A stretch of DNA of 64,000 nt from Gloeobacterales cyanobacterium (GTDB lineage Bacteria > Cyanobacteriota > Cyanobacteriia > Gloeobacterales > PMM-0068): NCBI GenBank assembly GCA_038245785.1, contig JBBRSB010000023.1, positions 1-64,000 of the forward strand, given 5' to 3'. The notes under the pieces were generated by a model. It was given only the letters and a program-made list of their open reading frames with translations, did no database searches and was not told where the DNA came from. The translations under genes were made by a program, and so were the position numbers. Below are positions 11,029-20,521 of the stretch, in pieces; within the stretch, counting starts at the first letter, position 1; each line of letters begins with the position of its first letter.

Positions 11029-11558
11029 GCTTTGAGCAAAGAATCAGAAGCCAGGAAATGGGTCAGATGATAGGCCCGTTCCTCAGTCTTAAGCAAAATC
11101 TGCTCATAGAGATAACGGGTCCCTCGGTCTCCTAAACTTTCAGCTTGTCCGGCTTGCCGACGGAGAAGGCTAATCATTGCCTGTTCTGCTTCTAGATCGT
11201 GCATCACCATCTGACGACAGGAATAAACGCCATCGGCTTCTGGCGTAAAGCAGCAGAGTTCAGCAAGTTTGCTGAAACTAGCGGCAGGGACGCCCCCTAA
11301 ACCATTCAGGCGCTCTCCAAGATCATGGCCATGCCCTTGAGCCGCTTTGTAGCTCTCCTCAAAAAACTGATGAAGGGGATAAAAATCTGCTCCTTCTACG
11401 ACAAAATGATGCTTCTGATATTGGAGATAGAGAGCCTGAAAACTGGCTAACCCAATATTTAAGCCTTCGCATACAGGCGTAGTGACATTAGATTCTAGTA
11501 AAACTGGATTCTTCTCTACATGGCCAAAAGAACGTAACAACCCCTGAGTTTTAGCCAT
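11025..11558 (-). CDS. dps: Dps family ferritin-like protein
   Basis: [10 protein letters not shown]...LHQFFE...GERL motifs. Confidence 0.92.
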   Translation of the reverse strand: MAKTQGLLRSFGHVEKNPVLLESNVTTPVCEGLNIGLASFQALYLQYQKHHFVVEGADFYPLHQFFEESYKAAQGHGHDLGERLNGLGGVPAASFSKLAELCCFTPEADGVYSCRQMVMHDLEAEQAMISLLRRQAGQAESLGDRGTRYLYEQILLKTEERAYHLTHFLASDSLLKA

Positions 11559-11770
11559 AGCCTCTCTCCAGTAATGTCTTGGAACATGATTACCTCAAAT
11601 CATAGCAGTGGCCTATGGACATGGCGCTCAGTATTCAAACAAAGACACAGTTGGGCTGGGACTTGCCCTGAAATCTTCTGTCAACAGGATTTCCAGGAGT
11701 TTAGAGATGAGAATCTTCTGTTATCTTTTGAAATAAGTTGCCAACGATACATTTATTCATGTTATTGTGT

Positions 11771-11790
11771 TATTGAGAATAGTTTTCAAC
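11771..11790. promoter_or_regulatory. candidate Fur/PerR-type box
   Basis: near-palindrome TATTGAGAATAGTTTTCAAC between divergent dps and Fe-S-related genes. Confidence 0.55.
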
Positions 11791-11832
11791 AGTACATCGG
11801 CCAAGCAAAATCCATTTGGGAGAAGGTGATTT

Positions 11833-12081
11833 ATGGTTCCAGACCCCTTGGTCACGGAATGCCCTGAAACAATCAGCGTTGCCCGACAGGATCGCTGGCA
11901 GGTTTATCAACGACTACAAGAATTAGACATTGCCTGTTCTTGCACCTCGGAACAGCCTCTACAAACGCAAATTCAAAGTCCGACAGACGCTCTGCAGGTC
12001 TGGAGTGTGGTCCAACAGATCACTGCTCCTCGTCAGGATTTGGTGCTTTGGCTCAAGCGTTGTTGGAATGTGAGTATTTGA
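11833..12081 (+). CDS. Asr1405/Asl0597 family cyanobacterial protein
   Basis: DRWQVYQRLQELDIAC...QVWSV...LKRCW signature; typical neighbour of dps. Confidence 0.8.
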   Translation: MVPDPLVTECPETISVARQDRWQVYQRLQELDIACSCTSEQPLQTQIQSPTDALQVWSVVQQITAPRQDLVLWLKRCWNVSI

Positions 12082-12082
12082 A

Positions 12083-12613
12083 ATGGACGCTGCAGAATTC
12101 ACGGTAGAAGGGCAATTCATTGGTTTTGTCGAAGATGGCCCCAAGCTCAAATATTTGAAGCTGATGCGTTCTCAGCAAGAATACTGGTTTAAACTCCCCA
12201 AAGACCTGCGCTCTGCTGAAGACTGGGATCTAAAGCCTCAGGATTGGCTTAGTATCTCTGGAGAAGCCAAACAAGACCGCAAGACAGGCACCCTCAAGCT
12301 CAAAGCCCATAGTATTCATAAAGCGACCACAGCAGTAAGCTCTGTGGCTAGACCCCAGGCAAAGATTTTGGTTTGTGGTAAGTCTGACTGTTGGAAACGA
12401 GGCGGGAGAGAAGTTTGCCAGGCTCTGCAAGAGACTCTTCAAAAGCAAGGACTAGACCAACAGGTCACGATAGTAAAAACAGGCTGCATGGATCGCTGCA
12501 AAGCTGGTCCAAATGTGGTGCTCATGCCCAACAAAACCCGGCATACTCGAGTTAAGCCATCTGATGTGCCTGCTTTGGTCAATGAATGTTCCGCTTCCAA
12601 GCCTCTTGTTTAA
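12083..12613 (+). CDS. thioredoxin-like (2Fe-2S) ferredoxin domain protein
   Basis: VCGKSDC...GCMDRCKAGPN Cys pattern. Confidence 0.88.
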   Translation: MDAAEFTVEGQFIGFVEDGPKLKYLKLMRSQQEYWFKLPKDLRSAEDWDLKPQDWLSISGEAKQDRKTGTLKLKAHSIHKATTAVSSVARPQAKILVCGKSDCWKRGGREVCQALQETLQKQGLDQQVTIVKTGCMDRCKAGPNVVLMPNKTRHTRVKPSDVPALVNECSASKPLV

Positions 12614-12774
12614 GGCCATAACTTGATCCGGTGTAGGCTAGGGTGGAACATGAGAACTATCTCTATAGCCGATAAGGGGTTCTCGATACTTTGAGGGACC
12701 CAGTTGCTTAATCCTGTCCGTACGTGCTCTTTATCCCAGTCCTGTTATCATTCCAGTTTTTCTCTTCTATTTCT

Positions 12775-14043
12775 ATGACGCATTTTGGGATTATCTGCCC
12801 TGCAGCGACAGGCCACCTGAACCCGATGCTCGCCTTGGGGTACGAACTTCAAAGACGGGGCCATCGTGTTACCTTATTTGGCATTCATGATGCTCAAACC
12901 AAGACTTTAGCGGCGGGGCTGGGCTTCCAGGCGATCGGCAAGTCAGAAGTTCCTGCCGGAGCAACTGCGGCCGCCTTTGCTAAACTAGGTAACCTCAGTG
13001 GTTTTGCAGCTTTCCAATACACACTCAGTTGGATGCAACAGGAGGCAAAGATAGTCTTGCGTGATGCTCCAGACTTGATGAAAGCAGCCCATGTAGAAGC
13101 CTTACTAGTAGACCAAGTTTCACCGGCCGGGGGAACAGTGGCAGACTATTTGAAAATTCCTTTTATCAGTGTGTGTAATGCGCTGCTCCTTAATCGAGAG
13201 GAAGGAGTCCCACCAGCTTTCACTCCTTGGGGTTATACTCCAGCCTGGTGGGCACAGCTACGCAACCGTACGGGGTACGCACTTTTAAACCGAGTTGTTC
13301 GACCATTGCGAGCCGTAGTCGTTGACTATCGTCAACGCTGGAAACTCCCTCTGTTTTCTGAGCCAGATGAAATTTATTCCTCCCTCGCCCAGATCAGTCA
13401 ACAGCCTGCAGCATTTGACTTTCCTCGAACCCAGTTACCCCGATGCTTTCATTACACAGGCCCCTATGCAGATGTCGCCAGCCGGGAACCAGTCTCTTTC
13501 CCCTTTGAAAAATTGACCGGACAGCCCTTAATTTATGCGTCCATGGGCACGATCCAAAATCGGAAGCAAGAGATCTTTCGCTGCATTGCTGAATCTTGTA
13601 TGGGATTGGATGTTCAATTAGTCATTTCTCAAGGAAACGACAGCGGCACCTTGCTGACAGAGCTACCTGGTTCACCTCTGGTCGTCCGTTATGCTCCTCA
13701 GCTAGAACTCCTGAAAAAGGCTACTCTGACTATCACCCATGCAGGCATGAATACCACCCTCGAGTCCTTAAGCAATGGAGTACCGATGGTAGCGATTCCT
13801 ATTACCAATGACCAACCAGCCGTAGGATCTCGTTTAGCTTGGACAGGAGCCGGTGAAGTGGTGTCGCTCAAGAGCCTGAATACTCCTAAGCTGCAACAAG
13901 CTATCAGACAAGTACTCAACGAAAATTCTTACAAGAAAAATGCCTCAAGGCTACAACAAGCCATTCATCAAGCTGGTGGAGTACGTCAAGCTATTGATAT
14001 TGTTGAGCAAGTTATTTCTACGGGAAAACCTGTTTTAAGGTAG
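12775..14043 (+). CDS. MGT/GT1 family glycosyltransferase (CrtX-like)
   Basis: GHLNP, APQLELL, THAGMNTTLE, NDQP motifs. Confidence 0.92.
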   Translation: MTHFGIICPAATGHLNPMLALGYELQRRGHRVTLFGIHDAQTKTLAAGLGFQAIGKSEVPAGATAAAFAKLGNLSGFAAFQYTLSWMQQEAKIVLRDAPDLMKAAHVEALLVDQVSPAGGTVADYLKIPFISVCNALLLNREEGVPPAFTPWGYTPAWWAQLRNRTGYALLNRVVRPLRAVVVDYRQRWKLPLFSEPDEIYSSLAQISQQPAAFDFPRTQLPRCFHYTGPYADVASREPVSFPFEKLTGQPLIYASMGTIQNRKQEIFRCIAESCMGLDVQLVISQGNDSGTLLTELPGSPLVVRYAPQLELLKKATLTITHAGMNTTLESLSNGVPMVAIPITNDQPAVGSRLAWTGAGEVVSLKSLNTPKLQQAIRQVLNENSYKKNASRLQQAIHQAGGVRQAIDIVEQVISTGKPVLR

Positions 14044-14853
14044 CGCGAGGTTATTCCTGGATAACTTATGGCAGTAATTTATGGACTGTTGATGAAGCAA
14101 ACCTTTAACCGTAGCTTCTAGTTCTTGGGTGAGATTGAAGGTCACCGACCGAGCTTTTCCGTGCTCATAATTCCACTGTTCTTCTAGCGAGAGATACCTC
14201 GGTTTACCCACCACAAGTTCTACTTCTCGGTAGACCACATAGGGGTGCCAGCCCTGTTCTTGAAATAACGGTTCCTGTGGATCTAGCAGCGAAAAAAAAC
14301 GCATGGGAACCAGATCACCACTGAATTCACGGATAGAGCGTAGCCCCACAGGCAGAATACATAAATCTTTCTGTTTGCTTCTAAAAGCTAGGTGAGAAAA
14401 ACCACGCTGAAATGGATAAAGCTTATTCGGGGCCAACCGTTGGGTCATTGGTTTAGCACCCTCTGGGAAAATCCCTAGCCACTGCCCTTCTTTTAAATAG
14501 GCGCCTGCGTGCTCAAAAAACTGTGAATACTTGTCATAGCCAAGATGGATCCCCCCCGATTGGCGAATCAGTTCATTTACCCCTGGCACCCGAGCTAAAA
14601 AGGGATGACAGATAAAGTGAATCGGACGGTCTAAACCCGCTAAGAGTAAAAACATATCCGCAACGCTGCGATGATTGCTGACGACAAGGCAAGGACTATG
14701 GGTAGGAATATATTCAGCGCCCACCACCCGTATTTTGATGTTCAGCAGACGCGCAAGAAAGCGCGCTAAAAAAATAGGACGAGTGCTTTCCTTTGAAGCA
14801 GCGTCCAATAAGCTCTTTAGAAGAGCAGTCTGTAAAGAACTAGGCATATTCAA
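14035..14853 (-). CDS. lysophospholipid acyltransferase (PlsC-like)
   Basis: NHRSVAD (HX4D) and FPEG motifs. Confidence 0.9.
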   Translation of the reverse strand: MNMPSSLQTALLKSLLDAASKESTRPIFLARFLARLLNIKIRVVGAEYIPTHSPCLVVSNHRSVADMFLLLAGLDRPIHFICHPFLARVPGVNELIRQSGGIHLGYDKYSQFFEHAGAYLKEGQWLGIFPEGAKPMTQRLAPNKLYPFQRGFSHLAFRSKQKDLCILPVGLRSIREFSGDLVPMRFFSLLDPQEPLFQEQGWHPYVVYREVELVVGKPRYLSLEEQWNYEHGKARSVTFNLTQELEATVKGLLHQQSINYCHKLSRNNLALP

Positions 14854-14972
14854 CTTATTTTAGCGACTGAACGGGATATTTTTTTACAAACTGCTCTGTC
14901 CAAACGTGTCTGAACCGAGCTGGCTGCTTAAAATTCAGAAACAGCTAGTCCTTCACGCTCCCTTTTGTGCCG

Positions 14973-16310
14973 TTACAGGCTGATATCCAAACGAACCTGA
15001 ATGAACTCGTTATTGTCTAGTTGGCCTAGGGTGCGCCCTTCACTATATAGGCGAGAAGGATAGTTATTATCGTTCACAATCAGCACTGTTGTTGGATTCA
15101 CCAGCAAGACACTCTCAATCGTAAAGAAGGGGAAGGTGAAGACCCCATTGGTAGTTCCATTTCCGCCCAGGTTATTGGGATCAGGAATATTCAGCAGGTC
15201 CGCCAAAAGTTCCTTCTGGACAAAGCCCTGGCTATCCAGACGATTGATATTGATGCGATAAAGCCGCTTGAACCGAGCCGGATTGGTAAACGAGGGATTA
15301 TTGGGATCGCCTTGGAGACTATCACGCTCAATCACTAAAAATTCCGAATCATTAATGGCCGTCAAGTCTCCAATGGATTGTCCACTCCAGGTAGTATTTT
15401 CCATACGATAGGAGAAGACTTGACCTGTAAATTTTTTTGTAGCGATGTCAAATTCATGAATGAGTAGCCGAGAGGGGTTTTCTAAATCAAAGAGATTCGG
15501 TCCTTCGAGCATCGCATATAGCTTAGTTCCACTAGCGTTGAGGGCAAGTCCCTCAAGTCCCCGAGACCTGGCTAAGTTTGCCGTATTGGTGCCCAAGAAA
15601 GGATTATCAAGGGATTGGATCAGCGCAGCTCCGCCGAACCCAAGGAAGTTAGGGATAGGAATAGGGGGTTCCAGCAAAGCCCCACTGGCAGAAGTGTGAA
15701 GCAAGAAAGGACCAAATTCCTCGCCAAACCAATAGGTGCCATCGGGCACACGGCGGAAGGATTCAATGTCGTAATCTGCTCCCGTCAAGAGCCGCTGGTT
15801 TGTGATCTGTGAAGCCACGGCAATGGCGCTGCCAGGGTAAACCATTTGATTTGAAATCGTGGTGAAGCCTGATTGCCTGTTCGGGTCGCTCAACTCTAAA
15901 ATGCTTTTCCCGCTAAAGGAACCCTGGGTTTTGCCCGATCCAATATTGATGGGGAAGACCTGTCCTGAACCTCCAGAACGAGTCTTAAAATCAGGGCGAA
16001 CGCCATATACCCGCAGTAAGGCATCTGGAGAGTTCGCTTTGTTTCCAAAACCGTTATCCTTCATGATCAGGAAAGTTCCTGCTTTTGGTCCGGTCAAGAT
16101 AGAAGAAAAACCTTGGACTGCGTCTTGGCTCAAAAAAGGTACGGTCCGGCCATTTGTATCATCAGTAATAAACTGTCCTGAGGTAGGACCAGAAGCAAAT
16201 GTATCCGCAGGCAGAACAGCCCGCCCTACTAATTCAATAGCTTTAGATGGACTACTTAAAAGCAATAGGGAACCAGCTAGCGCAGTAGCTAGGGAAAGAA
16301 AGTATTTCAC
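14973..16310 (-). CDS. secreted esterase-like phytase family protein
   Basis: signal peptide; DNGFG, DIESF, EEFGP, RGLEG, NDNNYP motifs. Confidence 0.88.
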   Translation of the reverse strand: MKYFLSLATALAGSLLLLSSPSKAIELVGRAVLPADTFASGPTSGQFITDDTNGRTVPFLSQDAVQGFSSILTGPKAGTFLIMKDNGFGNKANSPDALLRVYGVRPDFKTRSGGSGQVFPINIGSGKTQGSFSGKSILELSDPNRQSGFTTISNQMVYPGSAIAVASQITNQRLLTGADYDIESFRRVPDGTYWFGEEFGPFLLHTSASGALLEPPIPIPNFLGFGGAALIQSLDNPFLGTNTANLARSRGLEGLALNASGTKLYAMLEGPNLFDLENPSRLLIHEFDIATKKFTGQVFSYRMENTTWSGQSIGDLTAINDSEFLVIERDSLQGDPNNPSFTNPARFKRLYRININRLDSQGFVQKELLADLLNIPDPNNLGGNGTTNGVFTFPFFTIESVLLVNPTTVLIVNDNNYPSRLYSEGRTLGQLDNNEFIQVRLDISL

Positions 16311-16420
16311 GTAAAACCCAAGATTGGCTCAAATTATAGAGCCAGACTTACGTAAAAGGCACAGGCATTCTGGATCAAGGAATCTAAAAGACGCCCAAGG
16401 CAGCCCAAATTGTGCCATCT

Positions 16421-17344
16421 CTACAAGAACTCATCAGAACTTCTCAAGGTCTTAGAAGATTGGTGAATGCGCCGCCAGGCCTGTGGAGTTTTCCTCATCT
16501 CACGATTAAATTGCCGGATAAAATGTCCTGTGTCCAAATAGCCTACGGCTTCAGCAATCCTCTGTATCGGGTGATCCGTTTGCACTAGCAGACGACGGGC
16601 CTCTCTCAGCCGATATTGGATAATCCAGTTCAGGATGGTATGACCTGTTTCACGACGCACGAGATCAGTAAGGTAAGACGGAGAACGCCCAAGCGATTTA
16701 GCCACATCACAAAGGCTAATTTGGCGATGATAGTTTGTTCTGATGAAGTGAAAGATCTTATCGAGTAAAAGCTCAGCCTGAGAGGAATATCTTTTTACCT
16801 GTGGAATGGATATTGGTGCAGGAAGAACAGATGAAACAGGAGTCATTCTCGCGATATCAATAAGGCACAATAGAAGCAGATTGTGGGCCACTTCTATAAA
16901 TTCAGAAGAATGCTCCTTAGATTCATTTTCTAAGTATACAAGTCTATTTTCCCAACGTAGATAGTCAATTGGGCTAATTTGAAAGTGTTGAATTCGTCTA
17001 TCCAGTAAATCGAAGAAGGTAGCTACTTTTGGAGATAGACTAAACAGATTTTCTCCCCTTAAGGCCGGTGAGTCAAAATCTACAATCCAGCCCTTTGCAT
17101 TCTTGACATTCTCTAAATCAAACATCGATTGAGGGGGAACTACTAAGAGATCTCCAGGCGCAGCCGTCACTCTGCCATAGTCTAAGTCATACCAGCCTTC
17201 CGCCTTTTCAATGAGAAAAATTTTGGTATGCGTAAATTTACAATCCAAAAATAGGGCCCCATCCATACGTTCTATGCCTACGTTTAGTAACATGGGAGAG
17301 AGTTGAGTATCAGCAGTAGTGTTAATAGGATTGAATAAAGACAT
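16421..17344 (-). CDS. AraC family transcriptional regulator
   Basis: C-terminal double HTH (IAEAVGY...FIRQF...TPQAWR). Confidence 0.92.
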   Translation of the reverse strand: MSLFNPINTTADTQLSPMLLNVGIERMDGALFLDCKFTHTKIFLIEKAEGWYDLDYGRVTAAPGDLLVVPPQSMFDLENVKNAKGWIVDFDSPALRGENLFSLSPKVATFFDLLDRRIQHFQISPIDYLRWENRLVYLENESKEHSSEFIEVAHNLLLLCLIDIARMTPVSSVLPAPISIPQVKRYSSQAELLLDKIFHFIRTNYHRQISLCDVAKSLGRSPSYLTDLVRRETGHTILNWIIQYRLREARRLLVQTDHPIQRIAEAVGYLDTGHFIRQFNREMRKTPQAWRRIHQSSKTLRSSDEFL

Positions 17345-17478
17345 CTCAGTATCTCCAGCAACGTAGAAATCTAATTAGGTACAGAGCGAATAAGGGTAGA
17401 CGTTCAGCTTTCCCCATGTTCTGCACTCTGACCTATCTGACCGCAAGGTTATCTCTATTCGCGTGATAATTAAACCTA

Positions 17479-17547
17479 TAAAACTCATACAAAATCTCAT
17501 CAAAATTTCACACAGAAAATCATCTAAAAACTCATATTAAATCTCAT
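17479..17547. repeat. six phased direct repeats of about 12 bp (consensus AAAATCTCAT)
   Basis: TCA cores start at 17485, 17497, 17508, 17520, 17532 and 17544. Confidence 0.8.
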
Positions 17548-17808
17548 GCATACCCCATAGGTGTCTCAGCATGAAATGAGAAAATAAAGCTGTGGACATT
17601 AAGCTGGGATGTCCGTCATGCGAGAAAGTGATACCCTGATTGGGTGTAAATCATTTCAAGGGCCGTCTGTTCCAAATACAGGTGCAAAGTGGTCTTTTAC
17701 CCCTGTAGACTTCTAATTTTAGGCAAAGTAAGTAAGAATACGTACGTAGAACGACATAGCTAGTAGCTTTGTAGGTACAATCTGCACGTAAGAGGAGCGT
17801 TGAGCAAG

Positions 17809-19164
17809 ATGTCCCCAATAGCCTCTATCAACCTTGATACACTCCTTGAGATTGTTAACCACAAGCTGATTGAAGGTCAAAATCGTCCTCTCAACAGTAT
17901 AGAAGTTCTTATGCTGCGAGGCATCTGGCAATATCAGACCTATGGCCAAATTGCCCAAGCTGCTGGATACAGTCCTGGCTATCTAACGAATGTCGTTGCT
18001 CCAGAGATGTGCCAGAGACTCTCCCATCTCGTAGGAGAACGGGTTACCAAGAAAAACTGTCGGATGCTGCTAGAGTCCTACGCTGCTGTCCGAGCATCCC
18101 CTAACCCATCCCTACCCAAGAACCAAGTTTCACGCAAGACTGACCAAAATAGTTTTCCCTGCTATCCCAGCGGCGCAGTCCCTCTTGGCTCCCCTTTTTA
18201 CATTGAACGTGTGCCTTTGGAGGAGCAAATTGCTCAAGAAATTCATAAGCCAGGAGCGCTCGTAAGAATTAAAGGGCCTCAGGAAATGGGCAAAACCTCC
18301 TTACTCCTGAGAGTGCTGGATGATGCCGAACGTCGAGGATATCGCACCGTCAGCCTAAACCTGGAACAAATCGACCAAGATATTTTGAGCGATCTGAATC
18401 GACTCTTGCGTTGGCTTTGCGTTACGGTTTCCCGCCAGCTAAAACTCGACCCCCTTTTGGACGAATACTGGGATGAGGATATAGGCAGTAAAGTCAGCTG
18501 CAGCTTCTACTTCCGCAGCTACCTCTTAGAACTCATAGAAGCTCCTATCGTCTTAGCTTTGGACGAGGTGAACCAAATTTTTGAGTATCCCCATGTAGCG
18601 AAGGACTTTTTACCACTTCTGCGCTCTTGGTATGAAGAATCCAAACGACTCCCCATTTGGCAAAAGCTTCGGCTGATCGTGGTCCACTCGACGGAAATTT
18701 ACGTTCCTCTCCAGTTGAATCAGTCCCCGTTCAACGTTGGACTACCGATTCAGCTATCTGGTATTGCTCTAGGGGAAGTCCAGCAGTTGGCCCAACGCTA
18801 CGGTCTTGATTGGACCAGTAATCAGGCCCAGCAACTGATGGCTCTGTTAGAAGGACATCCCGCCTTAGTGCATATTGCCCTCTATCATCTCAGCCACGGG
18901 GAAATAACCTTTGAACAACTCCTAGAAACGGCTCCTACCTCCTCTGGAATTTATAACCATCATCTACAGCGTCATTCTGCAGCTCTGGAGCAACAGCCAG
19001 AATTAGCCCATGCTCTTCATACCGTCATGAACGCCGCAGAACCCGTAGCCTTAGAACCGATCTTGGCCTATAAGCTGAGCAGTATGGGGCTGATCAAGCC
19101 GCTCGGAAATAAAGTAGTTCCAGGTTGTGAGCTGCATCGCCAGTATTTTAAGAATCATGAATAA
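17809..19164 (+). CDS. N-terminal HTH + AAA_35 (AAA-like) ATPase, putative regulator
   Basis: TYGQIAQAAGYSPGYL HTH; YPSGAVPLGSPFYIER, GPQEMGKT, LALDEV, SPFNVG motifs. Confidence 0.88.
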   Translation: MSPIASINLDTLLEIVNHKLIEGQNRPLNSIEVLMLRGIWQYQTYGQIAQAAGYSPGYLTNVVAPEMCQRLSHLVGERVTKKNCRMLLESYAAVRASPNPSLPKNQVSRKTDQNSFPCYPSGAVPLGSPFYIERVPLEEQIAQEIHKPGALVRIKGPQEMGKTSLLLRVLDDAERRGYRTVSLNLEQIDQDILSDLNRLLRWLCVTVSRQLKLDPLLDEYWDEDIGSKVSCSFYFRSYLLELIEAPIVLALDEVNQIFEYPHVAKDFLPLLRSWYEESKRLPIWQKLRLIVVHSTEIYVPLQLNQSPFNVGLPIQLSGIALGEVQQLAQRYGLDWTSNQAQQLMALLEGHPALVHIALYHLSHGEITFEQLLETAPTSSGIYNHHLQRHSAALEQQPELAHALHTVMNAAEPVALEPILAYKLSSMGLIKPLGNKVVPGCELHRQYFKNHE

Positions 19165-19706
19165 GACTTAGGGGACCGTTGATTGTCTTCATGTCGAAAT
19201 AGCTACTTAAAAGAAAGGCTAGAAACCTTGTTCATGGCGTGAGAAGAAAAATACAACTAAAAGTTAATACCTTTACCGAAAGATCGTTCAATTGACTTTC
19301 TAGTTGTTCTAGTGAATATTTAGTTGTGCGTAGTTTCTTCTCACAGACTAGAATTCTATATCGTATCCATTCCGACTAGCGTGCACTGTATTAGAAGGCT
19401 AAATGCAGATTTTGCCTAACTAGAGATAGGGAATCTTCATCAGGAATTGGTACTATAGGGTCGTTTAATAATAGCAAAGTTAAAGTTTTAATTTAATGTT
19501 TGCTGTTTGCCAAAGCCAAAGAGCATGCCCCCGACATCAAGGCAAATCATTGTTTTGCATAGCGTTTTAGTAGAAAATTACCCAGCGGATCTAATGCTTT
19601 ATAGGATTTTAGTTTTTATTAAGTCATCCTAGATAGTGAAAATTGAAATCCTTAGAAATTACTCCAAAAGTCAAGCTGTACATCATTATTCTAGGAGAAC
19701 TGAACT

Positions 19707-20342
19707 ATGGTAGAAACAAATTCACTAGATCGTATTCTCGATATTTTGGGAACCGAAGACAAGTTTGAGGCTCAGACGAAGCTAAAGGAGAAGTTTGGTG
19801 AAGAAAAGATAGAACATGCAGTAAATCAATGGTCAGTATTGTGTGCGTGGTCTTGGCTTGAGCCTGCTGATTATCCACCAAACGAACAACAAGATGGTGA
19901 CCAGGAAAAGCTGCGCCGTGCCTTTATCAAGGCAATTAAAGCGACAGCATTGACCTTGATTAAGGAACATTACAAGCCGGGTGCTTTTATGAAGGAGATT
20001 ACAGCAAGAAGTAACGACCTGTCTAATATTTTGAATGGAACAGAACCGAAGGACTGTAAAATCAAATTGCCTGAGCTCTATAAAAAGCTCACAAGCAAGA
20101 AGGACTATATTTTTACCAAGGAGCTTACTGATAGCTTCTTATGGTTAACTAGTGTTGATCGATTTAATGGTATGTGTGCAGGCTATCTTCCTGAAAAAAA
20201 TAAGATTGTACAAATATTGGCTTATCCACCCCGTCCCACTACATCAGCTCTACCTAAGGAAGAATTGTTGAGCTGGTGTGAACAGAGTAAGAAAGACGAA
20301 TACTATCCTCCTACTCCTTATATTCCCACCTGCAATTGCTGA
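19707..20342 (+). CDS. putative large NHLP/nitrile-hydratase-like RiPP precursor with C-terminal core ...YIPTCNC
   Basis: RBS AGGAG; WSVLCAWSW and LAYPPRP...EEL leader-like motifs; Cys/Thr C-terminus; directly upstream of YcaO. Confidence 0.65.
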   Translation: MVETNSLDRILDILGTEDKFEAQTKLKEKFGEEKIEHAVNQWSVLCAWSWLEPADYPPNEQQDGDQEKLRRAFIKAIKATALTLIKEHYKPGAFMKEITARSNDLSNILNGTEPKDCKIKLPELYKKLTSKKDYIFTKELTDSFLWLTSVDRFNGMCAGYLPEKNKIVQILAYPPRPTTSALPKEELLSWCEQSKKDEYYPPTPYIPTCNC

Positions 20343-20366
20343 GAATTGTAAATTAGTACATTATGA

Positions 20367-20406
20367 AATGGGTATCTTTACCATTTAAGAGGGCAAGATA
20401 CTCATT
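20367..20406 (+). terminator. stem-loop after the precursor gene (attenuator or mRNA-stabilising hairpin)
   Basis: AATGGGTATCTT ... AAGATACTCATT inverted repeat. Confidence 0.45.
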
Positions 20407-20521
20407 CCACTAGAATTGTAGTTTATTGTGTTTTAATTATTAAGTTCTTATTTGCTCAACAGGTTGGCTAGCAGATCAGCTCACGCTCAATCAGGCGCGA
20501 TTTACCTTACTTGATTGCAAC

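Noticed and set aside
12775..16310. glycosyltransferase, acyltransferase and phytase-like genes as RiPP tailoring enzymes
   Set aside because: They are in different transcription units, separated from the cluster by regulators, and belong to common stand-alone families; linkage is unsupported.
17479..17547. possible CRISPR array or iterons
   Set aside because: The units are about 12 bp with no unique spacers, and no cas or rep gene is present; kept as an operator-like repeat.
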